Shown: positions 11,921-24,679 of the stretch, one piece after another
Position numbering within the stretch: the first letter of the stretch is position 1
How the letters are laid out: each line of letters starts with the position of its first letter
Assembly (NCBI RefSeq): GCF_963921235.1
Contig: NC_086108.1
Span: forward strand, 88,104,001 to 88,168,000
Length of the DNA: 64,000 nucleotides
Reading direction: 5' to 3'
Source of the DNA: Mobula hypostoma
Taxonomy: Eukaryota
Notes under the pieces: model-generated
Seen by the model: the letters and a program-made list of their open reading frames with translations, nothing else
Told to the model about the DNA's origin: nothing
The model's database searches: none
Position numbers and translations under genes: made by a program

Positions 11921-12689
11921 CACATTTTACTCATAAAATACTGTATAATATGTAGCTGTAAGCACTGTTCTAATACTATAAGGAGCTATGCACACTGGAA
12001 ACACAATTAAAATGTAGGTATCCAATCACAAGCGAGAGAAAATCTGCAGATGCTGGAAATCCAAGCAACACACGCAAAATGCTGGAGGATTGCTCTGCTG
12101 TCGGAAAGGAGAGAATGCCTTTTGATTGCTGGGGAGATCACTCCACTATTGGAGAGGGTGGAGGCTGCCGCTGTGCCTGGAGAATGTTTTCTGCATTTTG
12201 TATGTGGATTTGGACTTTAGAGCTTTTTTCAGTCTTATAGTTTTTTTTAAATATTCTGTGTTTTTTTTGTCTGATCTTTCTTGTTTTTTGTGTGCGGGGA
12301 AGGGGTATGGGGGGGGTCAATGCGCTTGCTGAGTTTTCTTTTTGTTGTGCGGGGAGGAGCGATTAGGGTGGTTGACTGGGCTGCCTTTCTTTCCTTTCTT
12401 AATTTTATGGTTATCTGAAATTCCTCTTCTCCAGAATTGTATACTTTGATAATAAATTAACCTTTGAACCTTAGAGACTACCCTCAACCAATCTAGACAC
12501 TGAATTTAAATAAGATCACGTTGTTCTCAGCCCAGTTCTCCTTGTAAACGTTGGGGAACGGTATCTCGTTTGAATAGTTAAGCAGCAGTCTGACATAGGA
12601 ATCGTACCTTAAGGAATCTTTGGCATTATCTTAGGCTACCTCCTGTTTCACTGGCAAAACACAGCAATGAGAAGGGAAGGCACTGTAGT

Positions 12690-14560
12690 AGGGTGAAGAG
12701 AAGCCCCCTTGGAATCCTAAACAATGTCTCCAGGTTCCATGGTATTTCAAGGCATCAGATCAAATACTGACAAGGAAGCCTCTTCCTGATTACCACCAAT
12801 CATCCTTCCTTGAGTAATGAATGCACCTAGATGTGGAATAACACTGAGAGTACCCAGGGCAACAGTATGCACTCTTGGTGGGGGAGCCGCAATGTTCCAC
12901 GGTGTACACATCACCAAGGATCTCGCGTGGTCTGTACATACCGGCTGTGTGGTGAAAAAGGCACAACAGTGCTTCTTTCATCTCAGACGGTTGAAGAAGT
13001 TTGGCATGGGTCCTCAAATCCTAAGGACTTTCTACAGGGGCACAATTGAGAGCATCCTGACTGGCTGCATCACTGCCTGGTAAGGGAACTGTACTTCCCT
13101 TAAACGCAGGATTCTGCAGAGAGTGGTGCGGACAGCCCGGCGCATCTGTCAATGTGAACTTCCCACTATTCAGTTCATTTACAGCGACAGGTGCATGAAA
13201 AGGGCCCGAAGGATCATTGGGGACCCGAGCCACCCCAACCACAAACCGTTCCAGCTGCTATCATCTGGGAAACGGTACCGCAGCATAAAAGCCAGGACCA
13301 ACAGGCTCCGGGACAGCTTCTTCCACCAGGCCATCAGACTGATTAATTCATGCTGATACAATTGTATTGCTATGCTACATTGACTGTCCTGTAATACATA
13401 CCATTTATTACTATAAATTGCACATTTAGACGGAGATGTAACGTAAAGATTTTTACTCATGTACAAGAAATAAAGTCAATTCAATTCACTTACAGTGGCT
13501 TGATATCACCACCACAGATCCCATCTGTGTTCTGAAGGTCATTGCTGTCTGACTGCTTCTGCAGCAGATGGTGAGTGAACCAATACAAGGGATATATGTG
13601 TGATAAAGTCCCATCTCCACATGGAGGACAGCCTCCTCTTTGTAATGTGGGTACTATAGTTTTGCTAACAGGGATAGACCCAGAAGAGATCAGGCAGCTC
13701 AAAACTGGCATCTGTGAGTTGCTATGGACCATCACTGTCAGCAGCCGTAACGACGGCCATTACAAAGTGAAGTCTCATGACCCAGCAGATTCCTCATTCT
13801 ATTTACAAATAAGCCGGAAATGCAGAAAATGTGTGGAAGTACTCGTTAGGATTATCATGGTAAGTATTTAAAAAATGATGGGAATGAAAATGCTATTTAA
13901 AAATTAGGAGAAGCCAAGGGAAGCGACGGTCTCGACATGTGCATCAAACTTCCAGAATCAGCCCAGGACCATTTGTGGAATTAATGGGAATTTGCCTGTT
14001 TTCACTTCGATCAATCAACAGAATCTCCTGCCGGTGGATGAGACTGCTGCGCGGAGAATTGTTGGAGGCAAACCACCGTCGTCCATCCCGACACACACAC
14101 ATATCAGCCTAGCTGCAATACAGAACAACTTGAAACATATAAAGCATGAAATGGATAGAGTGAAGCAATTTCACAACCATCAGATTAGATCATAGGTCTT
14201 TAGGCAGGAAAGCTGGTGGACAATTAAACTTCCAAAAGGGAGGAAGAAGTTCCAAGAATATCCTCATTCCAAAACGATAGTAGAGGCTAAAGAGGAGCTG
14301 GAAATGCCTATTTGATAATTCATCTCAGCTTTCTCCTGAGATTCCTATGAGCCAAAGTGAGATCAAGCCATGGCTGAGAGCACTAGATATGGAAAGGTTT
14401 TGGAGCTGGACGTATTCTGAACTGTAGTGCAGAAGACCTGCAATTAGAACCAGCTATGCCACCATCCCAGATGTTCCTGTACAATTATAACCCTGTCAAT
14501 GTGAAATATATCCCAGCTCTGTGCTATTCTCAGGAACAATCCAATTAATTGACACCTGAT
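12690..14560 (+). mobile_element. Very old CR1/L2-group LINE remnant interrupted by Rex1
   Basis: Degenerate endonuclease-region similarity on both sides of the Rex1 insertion; a related RT piece lies at about 20770-21600. Confidence 0.45.
12890..13488 (+). mobile_element. Rex1/Babar LINE 3' fragment
   Basis: VVKKAQQCFFHLRRLKKFG...TIESILTGCITAW and RYRSIKARTNRLRDSFFHQAIRL; ends aataaagtcaattcaattca. Confidence 0.9.
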
Positions 14561-15039
14561 CAGTTTACTCTCTATCACCAGCATAGTTACGTAAGTCATT
14601 AAGACAGTGCTATCAAGCAGTTGTGGTTATGAACTGGGTTCTGCCAGCACCATTTGGCTCCAGATCTTATCATAACCTTGGTACAAATATACACTATATT
14701 AAAGATGTACATTCTAAAGGTGAAGTGAGAGTGATAACTCTTAAATCAAGGTGTCGTTTGAGTGTGACATCACGGTGCCTTGGTAAAACTGACGGCAATG
14801 GGCATCCATCATGAAGGCCCCCACCACCCAGGACATACCTTCTTCTCATTGCTGCCATCGGAGAGGAAGTGAAGGAGCCAGAAAGCATATACTCAACATT
14901 TTAGGAACAGCTTCTTCCTCTCCCCTATCTGATTTCCAAACATGAACACCAACTCATTATTGTTTGCTCTATTTTTGCACTACTTATTTTTTATATATGT
15001 ATTTCTTTTATAATTTAATTTATATATTGCACTGTACTT

Positions 15040-16690
15040 TGAGTTAGTGAACTATGTCATGTTCAAGAACTCATCAGAAGATCAGAACGAGTACACCACT
15101 GTTGTCACAGAGTTTATAAAAAAAAGTTGTAGATGAGTGTGTTGGCACAAGATCATTCAGAATCTTCCCCAACCAGAAGCCATGAGATCAGAAATCTTCC
15201 AGGAGCCAGATCAGTGGTGTTCAGGTCTGGCGATCAAGCAAAATACAAGAGGTTTAGGTATGACCTCCAGAAAGTCATTGCACATGCAAAGTGGCAATTC
15301 TGAACCAAACCTGAAACAACAAGGTTTCGCTCACAGATGAGCTTAATGCCCTTTATGCTTGCACATGGAGGCGTCTTCTTGATCCCCCACGGCCCCCAAT
15401 GACCCCATGATGTCAGCCTCTGAGGCCAACGTAGGAGCATCCTTCGGAAGGGTGGACCCATGGAAAAATTTCAGCCCAGATGGGATACCTGGTCAAGTAT
15501 TAAATACCTGTGCTGATCAACTGGCTGGAGCGATGACTGAGATCTTTAACCCCACGCTTCGGCAGTCTGTGGTATCCATCTGCTTCAAGCAGGCTTCAAT
15601 TATATCGATGCCCAAGAAGAATGTGGTGACCTTCTTCAATGATTATCATCCAGTAGTACTTGCATCCACTGTGATGAAGTGTTTGAGAAGTTGGTGATGA
15701 AATATATCAACTCCTGTCTGAGAAGCAACTTGGATGCACTCCAATATGCCTACCATAACAAAAGCTCAGTGGCAGATGCCATTTCATTGGCACTTCATTC
15801 AAACCTGGAACATCGGGACAGTGAAGCTGCATACATCAGTATGCTCTTCACTGACTACAGCTCATCATTCAGTACTATTATTACCTCTAAACTAATCAGT
15901 TAGTTCCAAGATCTGGGCCTGAATACCCCCCTGTGCAACTGGATCTTCAATATCCTCACTTACAGATCTCAGTCAGTTCGGATTGGCAACAACATCTCCT
16001 CCTCAATCATCACCAGCACAGTTGCAACACAAGGCTGTGTGATTAGCCCCCCTGGTCAACTCGCTTTACACTTACGACTGTGAACTGAGCACAGCTCCAC
16101 TATCATATTTAAGTTTGCTGATGACACCACTGTTGTTGGCTGAATTAAAGGTAGTGACAAGTCAGCATATAGGAGGGAGAGTGAAAATCTGCCTGAGTGA
16201 TGACACAACAACAATCTCTCAGTCAACGCTAGCAACACCAAGGAGATGATTATTGGCTTCAAAAGAAGGAAACCGGAGGTCCACCAGCCACCTCACTGCG
16301 GACTCAGAGGTGCAGAGTGTCAACAACTATAAATTTCTTGGTGTTAACTTTTCAGAAGCCTATAAAAGGTAGTGGATACAGCCCAGTCTATCAGGGGTAA
16401 TGCCCTCTCCACCATTGAGCACATCTACATGGCGTGCTGTCACAGGAAAGCAGCATCCAACATCAAGGATCCCCACCATCCAAGGCCCTGCTCTTCTTGC
16501 TACTACCATAGGGAAGACCTCAATGTCACTCACCCCAACACTGAACTGTTCCCACAATCCATGGACTCACTTTCAAGGAGTCTTCATCTCATTCTTAGAT
16601 TTTAATTGCTCATTTATTTATTATTATTACTTTTTTTTGCATTTTCTTCTTGTTTTTTGCACATTGGCCAGTAAAGTTGAATGAAGTTAT
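15040..16690 (+). mobile_element. Rex1/Babar LINE RT region, decayed
   Basis: PDGIPGQVLNTCADQLAG, NDYHPVVL, LDALQYAY...DAISLALH...MLFTDYSS, KFADDTTVVG. Confidence 0.9.
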
Positions 16691-16929
16691 CCTCACTGGT
16701 TCAAAAGTCTGATGGTTGAGGAGTAATAACTGTTCCTGAACCTGGCGGTGAGCGTCCTGAGGCTCGTGTACCTTCTCCCTGATGGCAGCAGGACAAGAGC
16801 CCATAATCTGGGTGGTGAGGGGGTTCCTGATGATGCTCTCCAAAGCCAGCGCTCTGTGTAGATGAGCTCAGTGGAGGGAAGAGGACTTTATTGGGGATGA
16901 AATTGGCCCTTTGATCTACAAATCTGTAC

Positions 16930-17640
16930 TGACATAAGACAATTAAAACAAATCCTATCCACTGATTCATGGTCCACACCCTCCATCCCCTGCCTGATCA
17001 TGTTCCCATCTCAATGCCTCTTAAATAAAACTATCATATCTGCTTCGACCAGCTCCCCTAGAGTATATTCCAGATACCTGCCACTCCGTGCAAAAAAAGA
17101 TTTGCCTTGTATAACTCTTAAACGTTTTTCCTCTCACTTTAAATACATACCCTTAAGAATTAGATATTCTGGACCTGGGAACAAGATACTGGCTGTCAAC
17201 TTCATCTCTGCCTCTCATAATATTATAAATTTCTATCAGCTCACCCAGAAGCCTTTGATGCTCCAGAGAAATCAATCCAAGTTTGTCCAACCTTTCCTTA
17301 TAGCTAACGCTCATTAATTCTGATGACCCTCTTATGCACCTCATCCAAATCCTCCACAATCTTCTTGTAGCATGGCAACCAAAACTGATAATGTGGCTTC
17401 ACCTAAGTTTTATGCAGCTATATCATAACATCCCAACTTTTATGCTTAACATCTGACTGATGAAGGCAAATATGTTGTATGCCTTCTTTGCCATCCTTGT
17501 GTTGCCATTTTCAGGGATCTATGGATTTGTTTCCTAAGATCCCCAAGTACATCAATGCCCCCGATAGCTGTATCATGTCCTGTGTATTTTCCTCTTACTG
17601 TATATCTGACTTCCCAAAGTCCAACACCTCACACTTAGAG
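16930..17640 (-). mobile_element. CR1 LINE 3' fragment
   Basis: SYKERLDKLGLISLEHQRLLGELIEIYNIMRG. Confidence 0.8.
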
Positions 17641-18039
17641 TCATAGAGCAATCTGTCTGTCTAGGTACCATATCTGATACGGACTTTGGTGACCATGGTT
17701 TTCCATATAGATCTATCCTTCGTTTTTTGGATGAATTTCCAGAATTTCCAATTCCATAGAGCAATACTGCATGGCTATAGGTTATTTAGTCCAGCAAATC
17801 CGTGGCGCTTATCCAGTTAGTCCCAATTCCTTGTCTTTGGTCCATATCCCTCTCAGCCCAACACATCCATATACCTATCCAAGTACTTATCAGACTGCCG
17901 GAAAATGACACTAAACTGGTAGTAACGGGAGAGAAAGAAATAGCTTAAATAATTAATAATTCAGCTTAATAATTAAACTTAATTAATCAAGAAGATTCAA
18001 GAAATTCAAGAGATTTCAATAAGTCCAAGCATGTTGGGG

Positions 18040-20110
18040 AGCAAAGATGAGTGTAGCTGCTATTACTAAGGAGAAGGTGCTTGGGAAGCTGAGTGGTCTG
18101 AAGGTAGGTAAATGACCTAAGCAAGATGGACTATACCCAACGTTCTGAAAGAGGTAGCTGAAGACACTGTGAGGGCGTTAGTAGTGACCTTTCAAGAATC
18201 ACTAGATTCTGGAATGGTTCCAGACAAATGGAAAATCAGAATCAGGTTTAATATCACAGCTATATGTTGTGAAACTTGTTAACTTTGTGGCAGCAGTACA
18301 ATGCAATACATTCAGAAATGGGATGGCAGAGGGGAAGAACCTGCTCCTGAATCATTGAGCGTGCCTTCAGGCTTCTGTACCTCTTTCTGATGGGAGCAAT
18401 GAGAAGAAGGCATGTCCTGCATGGTGGATGTCCTTAATGATGGACGCAGCCTTTCTGAGGCACTGCTCCTTGAAGCTGACCTGGATACTATGGAGGCCAG
18501 TGCCCATAATGGATCTGGCTACTCTCTACAGCTTACTTCGATCCTGTGTCAGATGCAGCCAGTTAGAACGCTCTCCACAGTACATCTGTAGAAATTTGCA
18601 AGTGTTTTTGGTGACGTGCCAAATCTCACTCTCTCCTCTTCTGATCCCTCTCTGAGGACTGACGTGTGTTCCCTCATCTTACCCTTTCTGAAGTCCACAA
18701 TCAGTTCTTTGGTGTTACTGATGAGTGCAAGGTTGCTTCTGTGACATCACTCAATAGCTGATATAGCTCGCTCCTGTACACCCTCTCGTCACCATCTGAG
18801 AATCTGCCAGCAATGGTTGTATCATCAGCAAATATATGGGTGGTGTTTGAGCTGTGCCTTACTACACAATCACAGGTGTAGAGAGAGTAGAGTAGTGGAC
18901 TAAGCACACATCCCTGAGGTTGATTGTCAGTGAGGTGAAAAGTGTAAAAATGTCATTCCACTCTTGAAGGAGGGAGGGAGGGAGGGAGGGAGGGAGGCAA
19001 AAGACAGGACACTTTAGGTCAGTTAGAATGACCTCAGTGATTGAGAAAATGTTGCAGTCCATTATTGAGGATGAGGTTCTGGGGTACTTGGAAGCACATG
19101 ATAAAAAAAATAGTCTGAAGTCAGCATGGTTTCTTTAGGGGAATTTGTCTGACAAATATGTTGGAATTCTTTGAGGAAATAACAGGAAAGATAGTAGCAT
19201 GGATAAAAGATTGGCTGACTGGCAGGAGGGAAAGAGTAAGAAAAAAGGCGGGCCTTTTCTGGTTGGCTGCTGGCGACTGGTGGTCGATGTTGGGACCACG
19301 TCTTTTCACATAAATGTCAATGATATGGATGATGGGATTGATGGCTTTGTGGCCAAATTTGGGGATGATACGAAGAGGGACGGGTAGTGCTGAGGAAGCA
19401 AGGAGTCTGCAGAAGGACTTAGACAGATTCGAATGGGTAAAGAAATAGCAGATGAAATACAGTGTAGGGAAGTGTATGATCACGTACTTTGGTAGAAAGA
19501 ATAAAAGCATAGACCGATTTTACAACAGGAAAAAACTAAAAATATCAGAAATCAGAGGCATTGGTCAGACCATACTTGGAGGATTGTGAGCAGTTTTGAA
19601 TTCTATCTACGACAGTATGAGCTGAAACAGGAGAAGATTCACAAGAATGATCCTGGGAATGACAGGGTTAGCGTATGTAGAGAGTTTGATGGCCCTGGGC
19701 CTGTACTTGCTGAAGCTTAGAAGTATCAGGGGAATCTCATTGAAACCTGTCAAATATTGAAAGGCCTAGATAGAATAGAAATAGAGAGGATGATGCCTAT
19801 ATTGGTGGAGTTTAGGACCAGAGAACACAGTCAAAATAGAAGGATGTCCTTTTAGAACAGCAATGAGGGGAACTTCTTTAGCCAGAGAGTGGTGAATTTG
19901 TGGAGTTATTGCCACAGGTGCCTGTGGAGGCCAAATCATTGGTGGTACGTAAAGTGGTGGTTAATAGTTTCTTAATTAGTATGGGTGTCAAAGGTTATGG
20001 GGAGAAGGTGAGAGAATGGGGTTAAACAGATAATAAATCAGCCACAGTGGAATGGCAAAGCAGACTCAAGGGGCCGAATGGCTTAATTTTGCTGCTACAT
20101 CTTATGGTCA
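18040..20110 (+). mobile_element. CR1 LINE RT/3' fragment with nested minus-strand Rex1 (about 18236-18935)
   Basis: INVNDMDDGIDGFVAKFGDDTK and CR1 tail; nested LSPLLYSLYTCDC...IFADDTTI on the minus strand. Confidence 0.85.
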
Positions 20111-22829
20111 CTGCATGAAAAAGTTTCTTCTCAGGCCCTATTTAAATCTCTCCTCTCACACTAAAATGTACGTTCCCTAGTTTTGAACTCCCCTATTGTG
20201 GGGAAAAGACTGTTGCCGTCTACTCTACCCAAGTCTCTCATAATTGTAAGCATTTGTGTAAGATCACCCCTCATCATCTCACAGTTATGTGTGTTTAATT
20301 CCAATTGCCATTCTTCAGCCTAGTTCCCTAACTCGTCTGGGTTAAAAAGCATTTGCCAGTTCTCTAGCCATTTTTTCCAACTGATCTATATTCTGCTCAG
20401 TCCTTTGACAATCTTTCCAACTATCCACAGTTCACTCATTTTTACAATCAGAATCAGGTTTATGTACTGTAAGTTGTAGCAGTACAGTTGCAAGAAAAAA
20501 AAACTACAAGTTACTAAACTAGATAAGACATAATGTGAATCACAAGGTATTGGCCAATTTTGAAATCTCATGGCAGAAGGGAAGGAGCTGTTCCTAAAAC
20601 ATTTATCGTGAGTCTTCAGACTACCATATCTCTTTCTGAATGAAGCAATGGGAGGAGGGCGTATGGCAGATGGTGAGGATCTCTAATGATGGACGCTGCC
20701 TCCTGAAGATGTCCTTCATGGTGGGGAAGCTAGTGCCTGCGATGGAACTTTCATGTGGTCTGCATGCTTACTAATCAGCTCATCCACAATTTTGACTGCC
20801 ATTTATAGATATTGTGATGAGCTTATGACCTGGTAAGTGAAAAGTAACATTGGCTCCAAAAGAGTGCCAGGCAATGGAAATCTCTAACCTAGGTACACGC
20901 TGTCATCACTACTGGAATTCCACACCATTAATACCTGTGGGTCAGCATTGTCCAGAAACCTGGATGGACCAGCCACTTAACCATACATGTAGGTCAGAGG
21001 CTGGATAATCCATTTCAAATTACTCATTTCTTGACGTTCTAAAGTCTTTCCAACAAGCGCAAGACACAGGTTAAGAGTCTGATGGAACACTTTGCAATTG
21101 GCTGCATGAGAACAGTTCCAACTGCTCCCAACTTCATCCAGGACAAAGTAACCTGCTTGACTGGCAACCCATCCACAACCTATACATTCATTCTCTCCTT
21201 TACAAGTTGTTACCATGTTTATCGTCCACAAAATTCACTGCAATTACTCACCCAGGCTATGCGATAGTCCTGCCCAGATGCACAAACCCTGTGATCAAAT
21301 AGGAAAAGGACTGCAGGTGCATGGGAACCTTACAGACTGCTGTCCAAGTCAGATATCATCCTGACCTGGAGATATGTTTTTGGTCATTTGCCACTGCTGG
21401 GTACGACCCCTGGAGCTTGCTGCAAACTGCCATCTACATCTTGACCTGGAGATATGTTATTGGTCATTTGCCATTGCTGGGTCTAACTCCTTGAGCTTGC
21501 TGCACAAGAGCACTGTGTGAGTGCTTTCACAAGCAAAAGTTTAAGAAGGTAGCTCACCACCACATTATCCAGGACAGTGGGATAATAAATAATAACCAAC
21601 CATGTCCAATCTCAAAAATAATATATAAAAAGGTGCTCGATTTGAATGTCACGTTCTGCTCAATTCCCAGCAGGGATAACAACTCTTTTCAATTTATTTT
21701 GCAAATACTCAGTTCAAAACCCAGATGTGCGAGTTTTAAAATTCATAAGATTCTGAGTTTGTCATAACTGTGTAACTTATCATGATTCCCCCATGTTTCC
21801 TGTACATTTTGTATGGATTTGAACTGTAGATGTCATTGATGCATTTAGATTCTATTAACATTTATGCAAGTTCTTTAATAAAAGCTGATACTGAGATAAC
21901 TGAGACAGATAAGGCACGCAACAGAAGTTTGATCAAGGGGCAGTTGCGGAGGAGTGGCTCAGAGGAAAATTGTTGGCATGAGAGATCAAGAGGGTGAGGG
22001 AAGAAGTTCCAAAGAGTAGGAGCTTGTAAGCAGAGGGATGAATACCCATGAGTGTAAAGCAATAAAATATGGCAAGGGAAAAGTATTTCTGGTTAACTAA
22101 CTGCAATAGCAACTCAATTACTCTTCACAGATGCTGCATGATCTCCTGGGTGTTTCCAGCTTTCACTATTCTTCTGATTTCCAGCAAATTTGCTTATTTT
22201 TATTGTTTGCATGATTTGCTTTTTTTTCTGCACACTGGATGTTTGACTGTCTTTTTAAGAAACATGGAGTCTATTGGGTTTCTTTTCCTGGTGGCTGCCT
22301 GTAAGGAGACGTATCTCAAGGCTGTATAAAGTATACATACTTCAATCATTGAACTATGAACTGCTGTGCACCACGTCTCATGGTTCTGAAGCATTCTTTC
22401 CCTTTTCTTTCTCTCTCACTGCCAGCACCAAGTGCAGTCCCAGATAACTTTGGTTTCTAATATATCAATATTCCCTTCATTCTTACCAACTCTACCTTTC
22501 TAGCCCTAAAGAATGGTCATTAACTTGAAATGTTAATCTTGTTCCTCTCATCACAGATGCTGCCTACTTGCTGAGTGTTTCGAGCAATTTATGTTTTAGT
22601 TTTAATACATAACCAGGTGTCATATTCAAGTGTTGGGGGCAGAACTGTCATTCACTGATCATCTATGCCATGGACCTTGCTGTCTGCTGGGACGCTGGCT
22701 CTCGGTTTATTGATTTGGCCTAGGGCAGCAGTGCACAGCATGCCAGAATCTTCCCAGTGCATGTGGCCATCTACACAGGCAGCATGACTTTGAATTCCAG
22801 TGGATTATCAAAGCAACCGTTGAAATTCC

Positions 22830-23340
22830 AAGACCATAACATGAAGCAGTAGAAATAGGCCATTCAACTCTCCCAGTCTGTTCTGCCATTCAATTGTGGA
22901 TGACTTTTTTTCCCTCAAACTCATTAGCCTGGCTTCTCCCTATGACACTTAACCTCCTTACTAAATAAGAACCTATCAATCTCTACCTTAAAAGATGTGG
23001 CCTCTAGAGCTGTCGGTGGCAACATAGATTCACCAATCTCTGGTTGAACAAATTCCTCCTCACCTCAGTTCTAAAGGGATATCCCTTTATTCTGAGGTTA
23101 TGTCCTATGGTCTTAGACTTCCAAAAATGGAAAGATCCTCTTTATGTCCACTATATCGAGACCTTTCAGTAGTTAGTAGGTTTCAACAAGATTCCTCCTC
23201 ATACTCCATCAAGTACAGGCTTAGAGGCATCACATGCTTCTTATATTTTAAGCCTTGCTTTTTCCGGAATCATTTTTGTGAACGTTCTCCAGGGCTGGTA
23301 CATCTTTCCTTAGATACAGGGCCCAACGTTGCTCACAACA
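22830..23340 (-). mobile_element. CR1 3' fragment
   Basis: aagaccataac...gcagtagaaataggccattc tail and ORF2 C-terminal region similar to 56035-56600. Confidence 0.75.
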
Positions 23341-23524
23341 TCAGTATCTTTGACTCTGAATGTGTTACAAATTAAAAATATAGACAGAAAGCTAAAGCTT
23401 GATCAAAAAATGTGACAATATTAAATACTAAAAACAACTTTAAGCACTTAAATCCATTGAATTAAATTAAATACAACTTTTGTCTCGGTACCCGATTTCT
23501 TCCATTCATTCCTATGGATTTGCT

Positions 23525-23905
23525 TTACTTAACATATAAAATTACAAAAGGAATAGATAAGGTAGAGGCAGGAAAGCTGTTCCCACTGGTTGTTGAGACT
23601 AGAACTAGGGGACATAGCCTCAAGATTTGGGGAAGTAGATTTAGGATGGAGACGAGGGGGAACTGCTTTTCCCAGAGTGGTGAATCGTGTGGCATACTCT
23701 GCCCAATGAAGCAGTGGAGGCTACCTCAGTAAATATATTTAAGACAAGGTTGGATAAATTTTTGCATTGTAGGGTAATCAAGGGTTATCGGGAAAAGGCA
23801 GGCAGGTGGAGATGAGTCCATGGCCAGATCAACCACGATCTTATTGAATGGCAGAGCAGACTTCATGGGCCAGATGGCCTACTCCTGCTCCTATTTCTTA
23901 TATTC
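23525..23905 (+). mobile_element. CR1 3' fragment
   Basis: TYKITKGIDKVEAGKLFPLVVETRTRGHSLKI; tail gggccagatggcctactcctgctcctatttctta. Confidence 0.85.
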
Positions 23906-24211
23906 TTAAACTGGATTTAATCTGGTCTAGATTCAGCATGTTGATTTTCACTGCCTGACAACTGGGGAGCTCTGTAGAGGCTGGTATTGCCCTGCTGGTC
24001 CCAGATGGAGTCCTCCAACATAGCACAGCACAGGAGTCCTGCCGCTGACAGTCTGTTGAGTGGAAAGCAATGCTACTGTGGAATGGCTCGGTTACAGCAG
24101 TTCCCAGCAACAGATCCTTGTGAGGTTTCAGTGAGTTATACTTGATGATCCCTTACATCTAGGTTCCATTAGGGTTCATGTTGCATTATGGTTACTGCCC
24201 TTAATTGCTTC

Positions 24212-24390
24212 AGACACAAATTGCTGGAGGAACTCAGCAGGCCTGGCAGCATCTATGGAAAAGAGGGGTCTTGGCCCGAAACGTTACTCGTTTACTCCTT
24301 CTCACACATGCTACCTGGCCTGCTGAGTTCCTCCAGCATTTCGGGGGTGTTGCTTAGGATTTCCAGCATCTATAGATTCGCTTGTGTTTG
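24212..24390. mobile_element. Short fold-back PLE pLTR remnant
   Basis: tgctggaggaactcagcaggcc...ggcctgctgagttcctccagca inverted arms. Confidence 0.75.
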
Positions 24391-24679
24391 GGATTGCTTC
24401 AGGTTTTGCTTTGCTCTCAGAACATGCTGACCCAGGACATGTTCTCTTCATAATACCACCATCAAAGAGATGGTACAGGAGCTTCAAAGCTCACAGTCAG
24501 TGTTTTACGAACAGCTTCTTTCTCTCCGCCATCGGATTTCTGAATGGCCAATAAACCAACCCATGAACTACTTAATTTAAAAATTTTAAATACATTTCTT
24601 TTGTCATTTATAGCAGTTATGTGTATTGTATTGTACTGCTGCCGTAAAACAACAAATTTCAATACGTTCCATGAGGGAA

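Noticed and set aside
13575..13871. 98-aa ORF ending near a gtaagt donor
   Set aside because: Lies in degenerate old LINE sequence; no recognisable host protein
18967..18996. (GGGA)n tract, and poly-C at about 26373-26390
   Set aside because: Ordinary simple repeats within retroelement remnants
21355..21505. About 80-bp tandem duplication (also about 55 bp at 7748-7858)
   Set aside because: Two-copy local duplications inside decayed LINE fragments; not an array or CRISPR
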